Part shown: in pieces, positions 27,501 through 42,500 of the stretch
How positions within the stretch are numbered: the stretch's first letter is position 1
Layout of the letters: each line of letters starts with the position of its first letter
Assembly: GCA_964187785.1 (NCBI GenBank)
Contig: OZ076409.1
Span: 17,424,001-17,488,000, forward strand
Source: Amphiscolops sp. MND2022
Taxonomy: Eukaryota
Length of the DNA stretch: 64,000 nucleotides
Reading direction: 5' to 3'
The notes under the pieces: generated by a model
Told to the model about the DNA's origin: nothing
Databases searched by the model: none
Seen by the model: the letters and a program-made list of their open reading frames with translations, nothing else
Translations under genes and position numbers: made by a program

Positions 27501-30500
27501 ATGAATATTCCGCAGGAGATGATGATGACTATGAATATTGCGAGGAACCAGAGCGTCTCTGCCATCATCTTGCGAATCATGATCCACATGGGACCCAGTT
27601 TGGAGCTGCACTGGTAGAAGCGCAGCAGTCTCACCCACATGAGCATGTTGATGCCACAGTTCATCATGATGGCCGTGTTGCGCGTTGACTCCCAGCTGGT
27701 CAAGGGAAAGGACACTAGACCCATGCTGATGAAACAGAACAGCATGCAGTTCTATTGTTCACACAATTGCCCTTTTGAATATTGTTTTTCATTAGAAACA
27801 GTCGATTTCGTTTTGCATGTAACCCCAAGGAAAAGATGAATACTATTTGGTCCGTCAAAGCAAAATTGGTAAATTTCTGGTTTTAAACTAGAAAACCCAT
27901 TGAAAAACATAGCTCCAAATTAAGATCTAGATATCGATTTTCATAGTAGTGTTGGTTCCAGTGTATCAAGAATTGAGTGTTTTTTACATGAGTCACAAAA
28001 GCCGTATTTCGAATATGACCCTGAGTTTGAGCATCAAAAGGTTAATGCAGTGCAGAAATTGATGGGAGTACTTTTTGATGATACGGATGATGGATAACCT
28101 GAGATATACTAGTTCGATGATGTTCCACTCGCTCATTGCCCAGATACGCAGCTTCATGCCCCAGCTGGCCCTCTGAGTTACTAGTTGGCGGTAGGCCTCC
28201 AGCGCGTAGCACACCATAAACTGGAAACTCACCATGCCCCACACTGATCTGAAACAAACCGGAAGCGGCATAGTTCGGCATCCAGCTTGAGGCTCAAAAA
28301 GCGCAAAGTACTTCAAATCATTCAGGAACTGTTTTTTGAAAATTCCCACAGTGCTGGTAAAAACTCGAAGGGAAGACCCTTTGGCCCTAAAAGTTTTTTC
28401 CCAACTGAAAGATGCAAGAACGCTTTGTGGAGTTAAAAACTTCGAAAAGTCGCACAGTGTCAAAACAAATACACATAGTTTTGTAATTCGCATAGCCACA
28501 AAAAGTGCCAAAAAATTGAAAGAGGACCCTTCGGATCATTTTGACCTTCTTTACATCATGGGCTTGTAGATTTCTTTTACTTCGACTGGATGGAAAATGG
28601 CAAAAGGGCACTATAATATTTATTTAATAAAGCGCCCCTAAATTGTATAAATTAATTCTTCATTTGTTAGATGAAGTTGTCGGCGTTTGTTAGCCTGGGG
28701 TTCTAATTAATAATTCTCGTAGAACGGCTCATCAGACATTGACTTTGGGTAAGCTTTTGCTCTATATTAAGCCTATTTACACTTGCGATAAGCAAGTGTT
28801 ATGGGAAAGTGCGGGTGCTTTTTTTTCCGCGCGACAACTCTCTGATTTCACGCGGCAACTCGCACGTTTCACGCGTTCGTGGTCTAGTGGTAAGATGCTT
28901 GCCTTTCAACCCAGAGGTTTCGTGTTCGAACCCGTGGGTATGCGCTAATTTTTTTACAAGTATTCCGAAGCAGAAGGTTCTGACTTTTTTCGGCACTATG
29001 AGACTTTTCGGCTTTGTGAGACTGTTTCAGAAAAAAGGTTTCTTTTAGGGCAATTTTAGCTTTCGGGAATAATCGTTCTCTATCTTATTCTTAATGTCTT
29101 CGATTCGTAAGAGCTTTTCAATGTAACAAGAATGAATGTAACATCACATAATGAATCAGGAACGAATGAATACTAAAGATACTAAAGTCAATCCAAATGT
29201 TTTCAGTCCGAGCTTGAAGTACGAAAAGTTTTCAGTCTGAGCTTGAAGTACTAAATGTTTTCTCCGAGTTTGAAATAGTGAATGAAATTCAACATCCTCC
29301 CGTCAGCATTGAAGAAGGGATGGGTGCAAAGCCACATTGACGAAAGGCGCGGCAGGTTGTTGAAGATTCCACTTGTTGTTATGAATGCAAGATAAAGCAA
29401 ATTTACCGTACCAATTGATTTCACCTTGTTTCAAGTTAGTTTTAATTTTCAAAGCAACAATTGTTATTCTTGAATTATTTCAAGAGGTGAAATCAATTGC
29501 AGTGGCCTCCGGAAAGTTTTCCCGGATGAAATCACTTCAGCAGCTCTGGCTTGACCATCTCGTCCGATAATTAATTTTGACAATTTTCCAATGCGCCAAC
29601 AATGACGAGGGCGTTTTTCATGCAACAATACTATGTCATTTTCTTTTGGAAGCGGGTTGGACAAATTGTTTGATGGAGAATTGAAAAACTGTCGCAGCTC
29701 TATCAAATACTCTTTTGACCACACTGCCCAAAATTGATCGACCAGTGTTTTCAGAAATTGTTGTCGTCGTTGAATTGATTGCAGACTGCTCTCAGGGAAT
29801 TCGACGGTTGAACCCGAAAGACTTCTGCCGTTGACGAGATGGGAAGGCGTTAAAGGAAGACACTCTGATGGGTCGTCCATATAGAGGTATCCTAGTGGTC
29901 GACTGTCGACTACTGCTTCAACTTCGGTGACTACTGTGACCAGTTCATCGTACCCAATAACATTACGACCTAACGCCTTTCTGAGTGGTTCCTTGACCGA
30001 TCTCACTAGTCGTTCCCAGAAACCTCCCCACCAGGGTGCTAATTCCACGTTGAACTTCCAGTCAACTCCAGGATGGGAAAAATTCTGGCAAAGGAAAGAC
30101 ACAAAAGCCTTGACATCTTCGCTCGCTCCTCTGAAAGTCCTTCCGTTGTCGGAATAAATTGTCACTGGAGCGCCCCTTCTTGCCACGAATCTTTTGAAAG
30201 CCCGCAAAAAAGCTACCACCGTGAGACTTTGTGTGACCTCCAAATGAACTGCTCTTGACGACGCACAGGTGAAGAGACAGATGTACGCCTTATTGCTTCC
30301 AGCTTCAGGATCAAAATACTTGAGGTAGAGTGGTCCCGCAAAGTCTACCCCGATGTGAGTGAAAGCTGCCGCTTGAGACAACCTCTCCACAGGCAAATTT
30401 GCCTCTGCTTGAACCCTGTATCTTCTTCTATTGTAACGCTTGCAAAACGTACATTGCCTGATCACCCGTCGAACCTGCTGTCTTGCCTTGACTACCCAAA

Positions 30501-33500
30501 ACTTCTCCCTGAGTATGCTGACTGTACACCGCTCCGACCCATGATTGACCCTCTCATGAAAATGCATGATAATTAAGTCTGTTATGTACTCCCCTGCAGG
30601 TAAAAGAATAGGATTTTTGGCATCGAACGACAAAAACTGAGCCTCCGCCAACCTTGTCTGACACCTTATCAACCCGTCCGTTGATAGAAAAAGCCGAAGC
30701 TCTTTGACTCTCGAAGGCTGAATGCCCTCCTGCTTCGCGAGAAAACGCAACTCCTCCTGCAAACTTGCCTTCTGTACTGCCGAAAGAATCATGTTCTCCG
30801 CCTGCCTTTCTTTCCTTCTAAACCGCATCTTCCGCAAACGCTCCAATACGCTCAGAAGAAGTCCTACTACCTTAACAAACCTGGAGTATTTGCTGTACCG
30901 CCTGCAGTCTACTACACTTAGTAACCTAACCTCCGGTGAACACTCAACAACTGCAACTGTTGTACAAACTTCTTCCTTTCCTACCTCATTCGATAACCAC
31001 TTCCCTTCCTCGTGTTTCAAGAAATCTGGCCCTTGCCACCAGAGCCGACATTCCCTAAGATCACCTACTCTCAAACCTCTAGACGGAATGTCCGCCGGAT
31101 TTTCTTCTGAAGGTACGTAGTACCATGAGTTGACATCAGTTAACTCTCTGATCTCAAGCAACCTACGCTGAATGAACTGCCCGTTGTTTGCTGTGTGTGA
31201 TCGAATCCATGACAAAACAATGGCTGAATCCGACCAGAAGTGACTCCCTCGAACCACCTCACCTAAAGCGACCTCCACGTTTTTACTCAGTCTAGCAGCC
31301 AAAAGTGCAGCAACCAACTCCAACCTTGGAATGGTTCCCGATTTCAAGCTACTCAACTTAGTTTTCGACGCAATCAAAAAGGTTTTGATTTCTCCTGCGA
31401 CAATCGCACGACCATAACAAGCTACCGCACAAACCCGCTGAGACGCATCTGCAAAACTATGAAGCTCAATTCCGTACCTACCCTGTACCTCAACATACTG
31501 CCTTGGAATTACCAACTTTTCGTTTCTCCACTCCCTGAAGACCTCCTGAAATGTCTTACCACTTTCTTCTGACAAAACGTCGTCCCAACCCAAAGACCGT
31601 TTCCAAAGATCCTGAATTGCTAACTTGAGCTCCACCACCACTGGTGAAACTAACCCCAAAGGATCGTAGACGCTAGAAACTACTCCCAGCGCTATTCGTT
31701 TCGTCAGCTTGTCTTTTTCTGCTAAACACTTCAAGAATGTGGAAAAATCGAAATGTATTTCATCCTCTTTGACTTGATATGAAAGCCCCAACACCTTCAT
31801 GCCTACCTGTCCTGAAATGCTTTCCACCAGCTTCTTTGTTTCCAAGAACTTAGAAACTTCCGACCTATTTGTCACCCATTTCCTCAGTCTCATGCCAGCC
31901 TCACCTATCACCTTTTCTGAGAGTGAAATCAGCCCCTCCGCTTCTTCCACTGTAGGAATACTGAGAGTCAAATCGTCAACATAAAAGCTGTCGATCAATG
32001 ACTTCAGCATGACTTTATCCTTTTCACTCTGTGCCTTCTCTAGACACCTTTGTAGATGATACCTGATTGTTGCGTTTAGAAGAGATGGACTACAAACAAA
32101 GCCAAAAACAACCCTTAAATACCTAAATACTGCCACCTTCCTGTTGCAATCGAAAGGATTTTTATACCAAAGAATCCTCAACGCATCAATGTCGTCTTGA
32201 TGCACACAAACCTGAAGAAACGCCTTTTCAATATCGGCAAGAACTGTGACCTGAAACAACCTAAACCTTAGTAAGATAGCAAACAAAGAAACCAATAAGT
32301 TTGGACCCTTAGAAAGACAGTCATTAATTGAAAAGTCAAACTTTGATGACCTCGCTGCACCATCCAGCACCACCCTGAGCTTCGTGGTTGCCTTGTCCTC
32401 TCTAATGACAGCATTATGAGGTGTGTAATGACACCTTTTGCTCGTGTTAATGTCCTGTTCTGGCACCTCCTCCAGGATACCAGCCCCCACTTGTTCCCTC
32501 AAAACATCATCATATTCCTTCAACCGACCCTTAGCAATGATGCTTCTCGTAGTTGACTCTAACCTGCTTGTTGCTAGCTTCTTGTGATCTTGTAAAAACT
32601 CTTCATTCCCGTTCCACGGAAGCTTAGTTACGTACCTTTCCCCGTTGAAAGTAACTGTTTTTTGGAAATCCTCGAGCATAGTGTCTTCTTCTGTCTTAAT
32701 TCCCAAGCTTTCCAAGTTCCAGAAAGATTCGACCTTTTCCGATAGAGTATCTGCACCCTGTACAGAACTCAAGAAAGTTCCCACCGAACTTTCCGACTGC
32801 TCATCCCCGCATTACAAAGGCCCCGACAAAACCCAACCAAACTTACTGCTGACCGCACTAAGTTTATTACCATAGCAACCGACAACGACTCGCGATGTCA
32901 CGAACTTGTAATAGAGATCTGAACCAATCAGAACATTGACAGACAACGCCCCCACGACGTCATCTTGAAGTTTGGGACCAACTAGCAAACAATCATTAAG
33001 TGAACAAGCCGGGACCGGCCCAAGTCGGCGCCATATCCAAGGCTCAAAAATAGCAAAAAGACTTCCAAGTGTCAAGTATTCTTTTACAGAAGTCGAAAAT
33101 CGAAAATTTTTCGAAATTTTTTTTTGAAAAAATTACATACTAAAAAAATTGGACCGAGTGGCGCGCCGGGGCTCGCTAGCGCGAGCCCCTGGCGCGCTAA
33201 CGTCTCACAATGCCGAAAAACTGAAAGGGGGGACCCTTTGAGGTTTTTCAACATCCATTCTGTCGCAAAGCATGAAAAAATTGAAGAAATTTTTTTTTGT
33301 TTTCGGGAAAAAATTTTACAATGCCGAAAAAAACTGAAAGGAGGAACCCTTTGGGATTTTCCAACATCCATTCTGTCGCAAAACATCAAAAAAATGCAGG
33401 GGGGACCCTTTGAGGAAAAAAAATTTCGAAAAAAAAATTCCGAAAAAAATGTCTCCAGTGCCGAAAAAAATTGAAAGGGGGGACTCTTTGGTCTCTCCCG

Positions 33501-36500
33501 GTATGGTATGTTACGCGGAAAAACAGGTAAAACCTTTTTGGTTCAGTTCGCTAGACCAAATAGTGCAATTTGACACCATAATATTTTGTAGAACTTTTAA
33601 GAACTATTTTGGTCAGTTCGTGTGGATTGAAAAAAAAAAAAAAAGAAAAGTCACTATAATAGTCGCGTTTCACTTCATGAAGCGCCGACTAAAAACCAGT
33701 TGTCGTTTTAGCACTAGCGTCAAATACAACACGCAACTTGGTGGTTGTACTATCTTCTTTCAGCACGCAATGATGAGGCAAGTAGAAGTTCGGAGAATTA
33801 TTAATCTCCCCGGGTTGGACCTTCTCCAAGTGTCCAAGGTCAATGAATTCTTGAATAAAAGCTGAATACTTTCGAAAAAAATCGACATTATGGCGCAAAG
33901 TGTATTCGAGACGAATGAAACGCTTCATTGCGTTCGCTTTCGAAAGTCCTAAATTGTGGGGTCCATCTTTAAATGGCATCTGTACTACAAAACGGCCGTC
34001 TTCATTGCGTTTTGTGGTGCTATCGAAGTGCTCTTCACAACGACGCTCATCCAAAGTTAAATGTCTAGTTTCGGGGACACTTTCTATTTCCCAAAATTTC
34101 AAAAGGAGTTGGTCAGAGTCACAATTCGGAGTGGTAGTCATGTGGGACACAACGTTGTTGCTGCCAGACGAATACACAGGACCAGACACAACCCAACCGA
34201 ATACGGAATCCCGAATGCACAAGCCGTCGTCCTTTATTTTATTATCAAGCATAATGTCTTCTATAACATCTGCACCTAGCAAGAGATCAACCTTATTAGG
34301 AACGTTGAAAGTGGGATCAGCTAAGTTAAGATTTTTCACATGGCGCATGGTCGAAACGTCAATTTCTTTATCAGGAATGGTATTGGAGATTTTTGGTATG
34401 AGATGAAGATTAACTTCGATAGTATCATTCAACTTCACAGGCAATAAGCCTCGAGTTTTTTGGAAATGGGAAGAACCCATTGTAGAAACATTTATTTGGC
34501 TGCGCTGAGTTGGCAGCATGAGCGCCTTTGCAACATTTCTGTTACGAAACTGGCTTGTGAACCAGAATCTAAGAGAGCCCGCAGCTTGATCGCGTCTCCC
34601 GATGAATTCCGAATTGTTACAAGAGATGTAGAAAGAAGAACAGTATTTATTTCATTGTCAGCACTAAAGTGCCCTGTGGTGAATTGCTTTGTAGACTCCA
34701 TTTTGTTGGAAGTCGAATTCATACTTGAATAAGTCTTTGTAGAGGTGCGTTGATCAGGGAGCTGTTTCTGAGGTCGATGAAGCAAGGTGTGATGTTTCAT
34801 TTTGCACTCACGACAAGTGAACTTTGATGGGCACGCATTAGACGAGTGTCCTGATTGGAAGCAGTTGAAACAGAGCTTTTTGTCTTTTATGAACTTATGT
34901 CTATCAGCAAGACACATTCCTTTGAATTGTGAACAAGCATAAAGGCGATGATCCTCCTGGCAAGATTCGCACGATGAGCCTTGAACAGCATAATTCTGAA
35001 CCCTTTTGGTCAGCGTTTGATTCCCTTGGTTACAGGGAGGAGTCACACTTGGTTGCGGTGTGACCTTTGTGCCACCCGATTCGAGTGCACGGCTTCTTGT
35101 GTCAAGGAATTTTGACAATAATTCCCAAGACAAAACGTCAGTGCCAGGATTATCAAGCTGCCACTGCTTACGTGACTCTGGATCCATCTTGTCCGTCAGA
35201 ACAAAAACTAAGATTGCATTCCAGTGTTCTACTGGTTGACCAAGTTCAACGAGTGCTCGTAAATGCTCATTGGTGAGTTCCAGAAGTTTTCTCAATCCAA
35301 GAGCGGATTCAGTTTTCAAAACCGGCTGCGACCAAATTGCTTGCAAATGAGCTTGAATGATGCTCCTTTTATTTTCATAACGATCTTTCAACAATGCAAA
35401 GGCAATATTATAGTTTGCGAGAGTAAAGAGAACGAATGTTAAAAAATCCCAAAGGGTCCCTTTTTTCAGAATTTTCGGCACTATGAGACTGTTCAAAATT
35501 CTAATTTTTTTTCAAAAATTTTTTAGACTCCCTTATTTTTTTCAAAAATTTTTTAATGTCCCCAAAGCGTCCTCCTTTCAATTTTTTGATATCTTGCAAC
35601 AGAACGAATGTTATAAATTCCTAAAGGGTCCCTTTTTCACATTTTTCGGCACTATGCGACTTAGCGGAAACTTCAAAAAAATTCGAAAAAATTCGGAAAA
35701 TTTTTTCTCAATTTTTAGTTTCAAAAGACCGTTTTTTAAAGACCGATCTTTTTTCTATGCGACTTTTTTAAAATTTGTTTTCACCGAAGCCCCTGCTCAA
35801 TTTTTACAAGAAACGAAACGTTTTGCGAGAGGACTCCTCAAGGCTTTGCGACTTACCGGAGACCATCAAAAATGTTTTCGAAAATTTTTTTTCTATTTTC
35901 TGTTTAAGGTTTTCCGTTGAGAAAGAATGGGTTTTTTGCTGTTTTCAGTTGGGGAAGAATGGTTTTCGAGGCTTACGCGTATAACTTCGGGTATTTTTTG
36001 GCGCAGTAAAATTGATGAAATTTTAATCTCCTTTTACCCTTGGTTTTCCGTATGATATTGCTTATTTGGTTTTCTTCAAAAGTTCGCAAGTGTTTGCGAA
36101 GCACGGCTTCGCCTCTGTGTTTGATGAACTTGTACTATTTTCGAAATCCACATTTTTGATGTCTTTTCCGGAACCCGCCTGAAGCAATTGTATCGTAATC
36201 TGTAAATGTTTCTTGGAAATTGTTTCGACCTTAAGTGTGACTAACTTCATGCCTTGTCCAGTGTCGATTGTTGAAATCGTGAAGAAGGCCAAAAACACCA
36301 AATATGCAATTGTGTGCATGCAGAATTTAGCTATGGGTGATGTGTAGAAGGTGTAGAGCATGGTTTTTGTGGACATGCCTTTTGTCTTGGACTCTCCGGA
36401 GGTTGAACTGGTTTCCGACTCGCGGGTTCTTGACTGGCGACTCGTGGGTTTTAATATACTGCTCGAAATGACGGGTAGATCTTCCGCGGTGCCCATTGCT

Positions 36501-39500
36501 CCTCTCTTGTGCAGAGACAGCCGACTGTTTGCTAGATTGTCGAATCGATCAGTCCCTGTTGTCAGGGCTTGTCTGTCTACATTATTCAAAAATATTTTTT
36601 ACTTAAAAGAATTGTTAAGGTCTCCCCTTGAAATGCCTGCGTGCTTATGGGAGGTCTTTTTGGGAGATGTCTTTTTTTAAAATTTTATAAATAAAAGTGT
36701 ATTTGAATGTATTTGACTCCTAATAAAATTAATTATCATTATTATGAAACACGTTCAAAGGAAAAAGTAGGCCATGAAAAGGTCTTCAAATGAGGATTCA
36801 AAACGTTTCGACATTTTATGAGACGCGCGAGAATTTCAACTAATTTTAACTCACGTCATATTGTTTTTAAGCTTGAATGACGTATCGGAAATCAATCACT
36901 ATTCGGTGCACGTAACTAGCTCACAAAATGAGAAAACTGTTCCGTTCAATCATTTTTTCCCATTTTTCCTGCAACTGGTGTCAGACAAGTCCTGCCTGCG
37001 ACGCTATTCGCAGTGGCACTGATCAACTTGTTATGGAGGTTCTTGGGAAAAGTCAAGCTCCACTGAGAAGTGTTCTTTGACTCCAGGTGGTCTTTAGAAC
37101 TAGCAGACTCGGGTCTCAACAAAGAACCGACCGTGGCCTTCTTTCCCGTCGAGCGGTTTTTGCCGGCAGTTTTCCACCGGTTGATAAGCGAGGATCCAGT
37201 GGGCGTGTTTCTGGCGTCGCGGTCGAAACCCTGGCTGCCCAGATCTTCCTGTTTACTGGCGTCGTCTTCGTCTTCCAAATTTTTCACCTGAAGAGCCGGT
37301 TTTATGTTACAACAAACTTGAATTACGACCCGTAATGTTTTCGGTTGAAATCCCAGGAAATACCTGTGGAGGTATCAGGTCAAAATCTCCCTAAGTTAAA
37401 ATCTCCTAGACCTGAATCTCCTAGGTCATAATCTCCTGAATTGAATTTCATAGTGTGAAAGTAACTTTGATTAAGCATTAATAGCTGCGACAGTCATTGA
37501 AAGATTAGTCTCACCTAATTGACTAATGAGTGAAGGTAATTAAAACGACCACCACGCCGTTCTTTACGCGATTAAAGTAACGTGACGAAAATGTAATTGA
37601 CAATTAAGTTGGCGAGTTGTTTTTCGATGAGTTCCTTTTATTCTAATTTTAGGAGATTTTGACCTAGGAGATTTAGGTCTAGGAGATTTTAACTTGGGAG
37701 ATTTTAACCTAGGAGATTTTAACGTAGGAGATTTTGACATGTAATCACCTGTAGGCTACCAAAACAGCATTTATAAAAGTTATCAAAGCAGAAAACACAA
37801 AACGCAATGTTTAAGTTGGAACAACTATTATGATCGCTCAAATCTCAAAATAGTTTTTTTTACAGTTGTTGGTGATGGCTATGAAGCCGACAATTACCGA
37901 TTGCCTAACATAAAATTTTTCTTTCAAACATCAATAGAGCCCTCAAAATTACGTTCATTTTTGAAATCAAGTTTTCAAGTCCTTAGTAATGAATTTTCCA
38001 AATTCACTTGGTCTTATCTGACACAGACAGTTTTGCGATGAAATTGGCTGGACAATACCCTACTGTATATCGGAGTTTTATAGTCTGCTTTTGCAAGTAT
38101 GGTTTTTGCTGTATAGTTCTAGTTGAAACGAAGGCTCCAGAAACAACGTTTCCAGCTTTCACTCCAATTGATACATTTTGAGACAATTTTCGTGTTCTGA
38201 CTCAACCACAGTAAAAAAAGTGACAAACTAGAAAAACACTGGATTCCTTTGATTTAAGAAACACAGATAATTGTCTGACTTAAAAGGGCAGTGTATAAAT
38301 TAATCTATAAAAAATGCTAATACATGTATTTGTCAAAATATTAATCAATGGAATCGGTACTCTCTCCAACATCTACCATAATGCGGTCGTTCGATTTCAT
38401 GCTCTATTTGTTTATCAAAGAATTCTGTAAATCAAACTGTATTATATCATGGACCTGGTAGTTGCACAACTCATGGTCCTGTTCCTGCTCTCTGTCCCTC
38501 TCCCTGTCGTGGGCGAGGATGTCGATGTCCAACTGGTCGTCTGAGTCGTGCAGCTCTGCGTCGTCGGTCATGTCGAACTGGTCGTCGCTTTGCATGCCGG
38601 GAGACTTCTCGTCTTTGATCATCTCGTCGTGGGCGCCCTCCGCCTTCAAGTGGTCGCCCTCGACCCCGCTGTCGTTGTCACTGTCGTCTTCGTCCAACAG
38701 ACTCGCGTTTGACGAGTGCGTCTCCTTCAGGGTCAATTCTTTCAGTCTGAATGAAATCAGAATTCATTCGACTCCACTACTTGGTAAAAAACCAATTTGT
38801 ACGGCCTTTATAGTTGGTGCAAAAAACGCAAAGTTCCAATGCTAACTCATTACAGGACAGACTATGTATATGAAATATACAGATATCCCCAGGATGTCCG
38901 GACCTGCGTTCTTTTTCATATTATAATGAAGCATATTTTTTTTGCATACCGACTTTTTTTAATATTTCCCCTTTGAAATGTAACGAAATATATATTTTTT
39001 CACATGCCGACTCACTAATTAACATGTTTTGCAGATCGAAAAAACTTGGTGATAAACTACCTAAAATTTAATATTTGTGTCGTTCGACCTAGATATTTTT
39101 GTTCAGAAGGAAACTTTCGAGGATGTATTAGATATTTAAATGTTGAGAATTCTTATTTTTCCATGTTCGAAAGGTTTGTTTTGCGCTGCATTTTTTTTTC
39201 GTCGTTTTCCAATGCAATGAATTATTGCATTCAGTTTTTCAGATTTCTTAGTTTATCCTCATTTTTTGAACAATGAACTCCAATAGCATGAATGTTCACT
39301 ATGAATGTCCTGCAATTTGGTGGGCTGAAATGATTCAATGATTTTGTATGAATTTAACCCTCCAACCGGGATAAGCTGAGAAAAAATGACATCGTGAGTT
39401 TTAGGAACAACTTTAATAACTGATATTTGTAGAAATTTCAAAAGCAGAAGGTTTATGCTGGAGTGTTTCAAATCCAAGAACACTATTAAAGTTTGCAAGA

Positions 39501-42500
39501 ATTTGACGTTTTATTTTAGAATTCGGAAAGGTTTTAAGAATTTGTAAAAGCCTTCACTTTCCCTACACCGATGTTGAAAACATTGATGTTTTATCGCTTT
39601 GTGGATGCGGTGTACCTACGCGTGTGGGTAGCTATGTGAAGATCTATGTGAAACAAGAAATGAATCAGACATAGAAGATTTTTTCAGGATTCAAATCTCA
39701 AAAAAAACTCGGAACAGTTGAGTGTCAAGTTTTGGAAAATAACAGACTTAGTGAAATGTGAAATTAACATTCCAAAGTGGACCTGAAATAATTGTACATG
39801 CAAGCAATGGCAAGTGTATGTACTAATATTTCTATTTTAAGGCTTATTTTAACAACGGTTTTCTATTATAAGGCATGCTCCGAAGGTATGTCTTCTCTCG
39901 GTTCGTACCGCTCGTTCTAAAATGAGACACCCCCTAATCCTCCTATTAGTAGTGTAATATTCCTACATCACGAAGAACACTGCGTATTGTCGGAGACTAG
40001 AGATCTTCAAATAATAATAAATAAATAATAATTGACAATAAAATTATTGTAAAAATTAATTGTTACGCCAAAAAAATACAATTATTGAAAATGGTTAATT
40101 ATAGTGTAACATTTTTTTCTGAGAAATTTGAGGCAGCTTCAAACGAACGAAACAGGCTGCCATCTTCCAATATTTTCGTTCTTTTTGCAATTATTACAAA
40201 GTTATTAAAAGAACTGTTAGAATGGATGCAATTTTTTGTTGAAAAAGTTGTAATAATTATTGTTGGGTAACAATATAAGATCTGTGTTAGAGACTGAGCT
40301 GACTGGATTTCACTTTTCTGTTCATTGCTTTCGAAGGCCTTATTAGTGGGCGCTTTATGAAATCAAACGCGACTATCGTAGGGCTTCTCGTGTCGAATGT
40401 GCCGAATGCCAAAATCATTCAAAGGGTCCTTATTTTCTTTTTTTTACACATTCAAATGGTCCTTTTCTTCAAAAGTCGGATACATATTTTTCAACATACT
40501 TATTCGAATTTTAAGGCTAATGTGTGTTCATTTTCGGCTCTGTGCGACTATTTTTGAAAATTTTCTGATTTCACCAAAGTGTTTTTCTGACTTTTTCAAG
40601 AAAGCACAAAAAGCACTTTTCCATATAAACATTTAGCATTTTTGAAAGTAAGAATAAAGCTTCATCAAGGTCAAAGAGTTTATCTTATATTTTTGTCCTC
40701 TGTGAGATCGAAAATTATTCAAAAACAATTCCTTAAAGCTTAGAAGTTTGAGCCTTAAACTGTAAGGGTCCTCACTTTCATATTGTGACAAATATTTGGA
40801 TTAAAACAGAAGTTGATTTCTTGGCACAGTGCAACTTTTTGGCCCCCTTTGGGTTTTTATGGTATTTCTACTTTTAAAAAGCCGTTTAAAGCCTAGAAAT
40901 ATAAAGCATGCCATATAATAGAATGTCCCCAAATTTTGCAGATGGTTGAAATACAGTTTCGAATAAAAGGTTTAATGTGGTCATAAGAATTCTGTTTTTT
41001 TTTCTGGTGTTTATATTTTTATTCATTTTTGTATGTTTGTGAGCAAGCAGCAGACTGATTCCATCATAACAAGAAAGTGTTTAAGCGGTCTTCTACATAA
41101 ACAGCAGTCTTTATCATTTCTAATCAGACAGTGGGCATTTCATAGGTGTTGTGCATGACATACCTACGGTTGCGATCAATAATACGCGTACTTTCTCTAT
41201 CAAATAACAGTTCGAATTAGAATAAGAATAAAGCTTTACTCATACATAATTTCTCTAATCACAACCCGCCTTCGAATATAAACCGCTTACTTAGGCTCTC
41301 AAATATTAGCGGGCTCTAAAATCTTCATAATGCGAACCGCGGCATGCAACTGGAAAAAAATGTTTGCATGAATTTCCGGTTAAAAACATGAAAAATCCTT
41401 TTTTCTTCACTTACTGTTGAATTCTTCGCAATGCGGCCGCAGCCCTTACAAAAACGTCCCCCTGACCGGAAGTTTCCAGCAGCCGTTTCTTTTCCATCCT
41501 CAAAGCTTCCTTCTTGGCAACTTCCGCTTTCTTGATTAGATCTCTCTTGGCCTTCAGATGACGCTGTGTCTCTTCGTCTTCCTAGAACCAATCAATCAAA
41601 CATTAAAGGAGCAAAGTCTTACTGACAGGAAATTCTCAGAAATCTAAATCTGTTTCCTTTAAGACGTAGCTAGTCGACCGATCGCTCATGTGGAAAGCGC
41701 GTAAAATGTAAATATCGTCTGTAGAACTGAATGCGATGTATTTTTTTGATGTATACCCGACCCGTTTTCCTCGTCATTTCAGATCTTTAAACGGTGAATA
41801 GATGATATTACACAGCCGCATTCAAACGGAAATCGATTTTTGAAGAAAAGAAAGTTAAAGAAATTCAATCATGAAGTTGAAATCGTTTTATGACGTCATA
41901 ATCAGTGGTGCTGGCATATCTGGAAGCACTCTGGCAGGATTGCTGAGAACCAGTCCTTATTTGAAGGAAAGGTCCATCCTCGTCATCGATAAGTCAGTGC
42001 CCAAGATACTTGACCCTTTCAAAAACGTTGACAAGGAGTCACGACCAAATTTCTCGAAGCGTATCTACGCCATAAATGCTGCGAGTAAGGATATTTTGGA
42101 AAAGTTGGGTTCCTGGGAAGTTATATGTGATAGTTATCGACACTGGCCGGCTTACAAGATGCAGACTCTAGACTCGTTGTCACCTTCAGGGTTCACGACC
42201 TTCTCAGCAAGTCAAAAAACACAGGTGAGAAATTATGAAGACTTTATAGACGATGTTACACGAGCTAGTTACACAGGACCCTTATTTTGAAAAAAGTCGA
42301 ATTTCTTCAAATTTGCGAATTGCCAAAAGTGAAAAAGTCTTGAAAGAAAAAAAGAAAAAAAAAGACTAGAATACTCAAATAACCAAAGGTAAGCAATCGC
42401 TTGATTCTCGCTAGATATCAGTCCTAAGTTAGTTTGCAAAAAGTTTTACCATCTTACTGTGACATCGGAAGGAAAGACTAGGCACTATCCGAGTCAGGCA

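Larger units (their letters stand above)
28777..36122 (+). mobile_element. HINE, terminus type ACACTTGCGA/TCGCAAGTGT, enclosing ~6.4 kb of BEL/Pao sequence
   Basis: 5' ACACTTGC-GATAA-GCAAGTGT (28779-28799). 3' TCGCAAGTGT (36084-36093) plus GCGAAGC-ACG-GCTTCGC hairpin. Family-1-like core at 28980-29020 and 35426-36000. Confidence 0.7.

Noticed and set aside
36062..36245. Extension of the S1 exon, or an extra exon starting AGSGKDIK
   Set aside because: The donor AA|GTTAGT at 36246 gives the required phase 2, and the extension runs into a HINE end.
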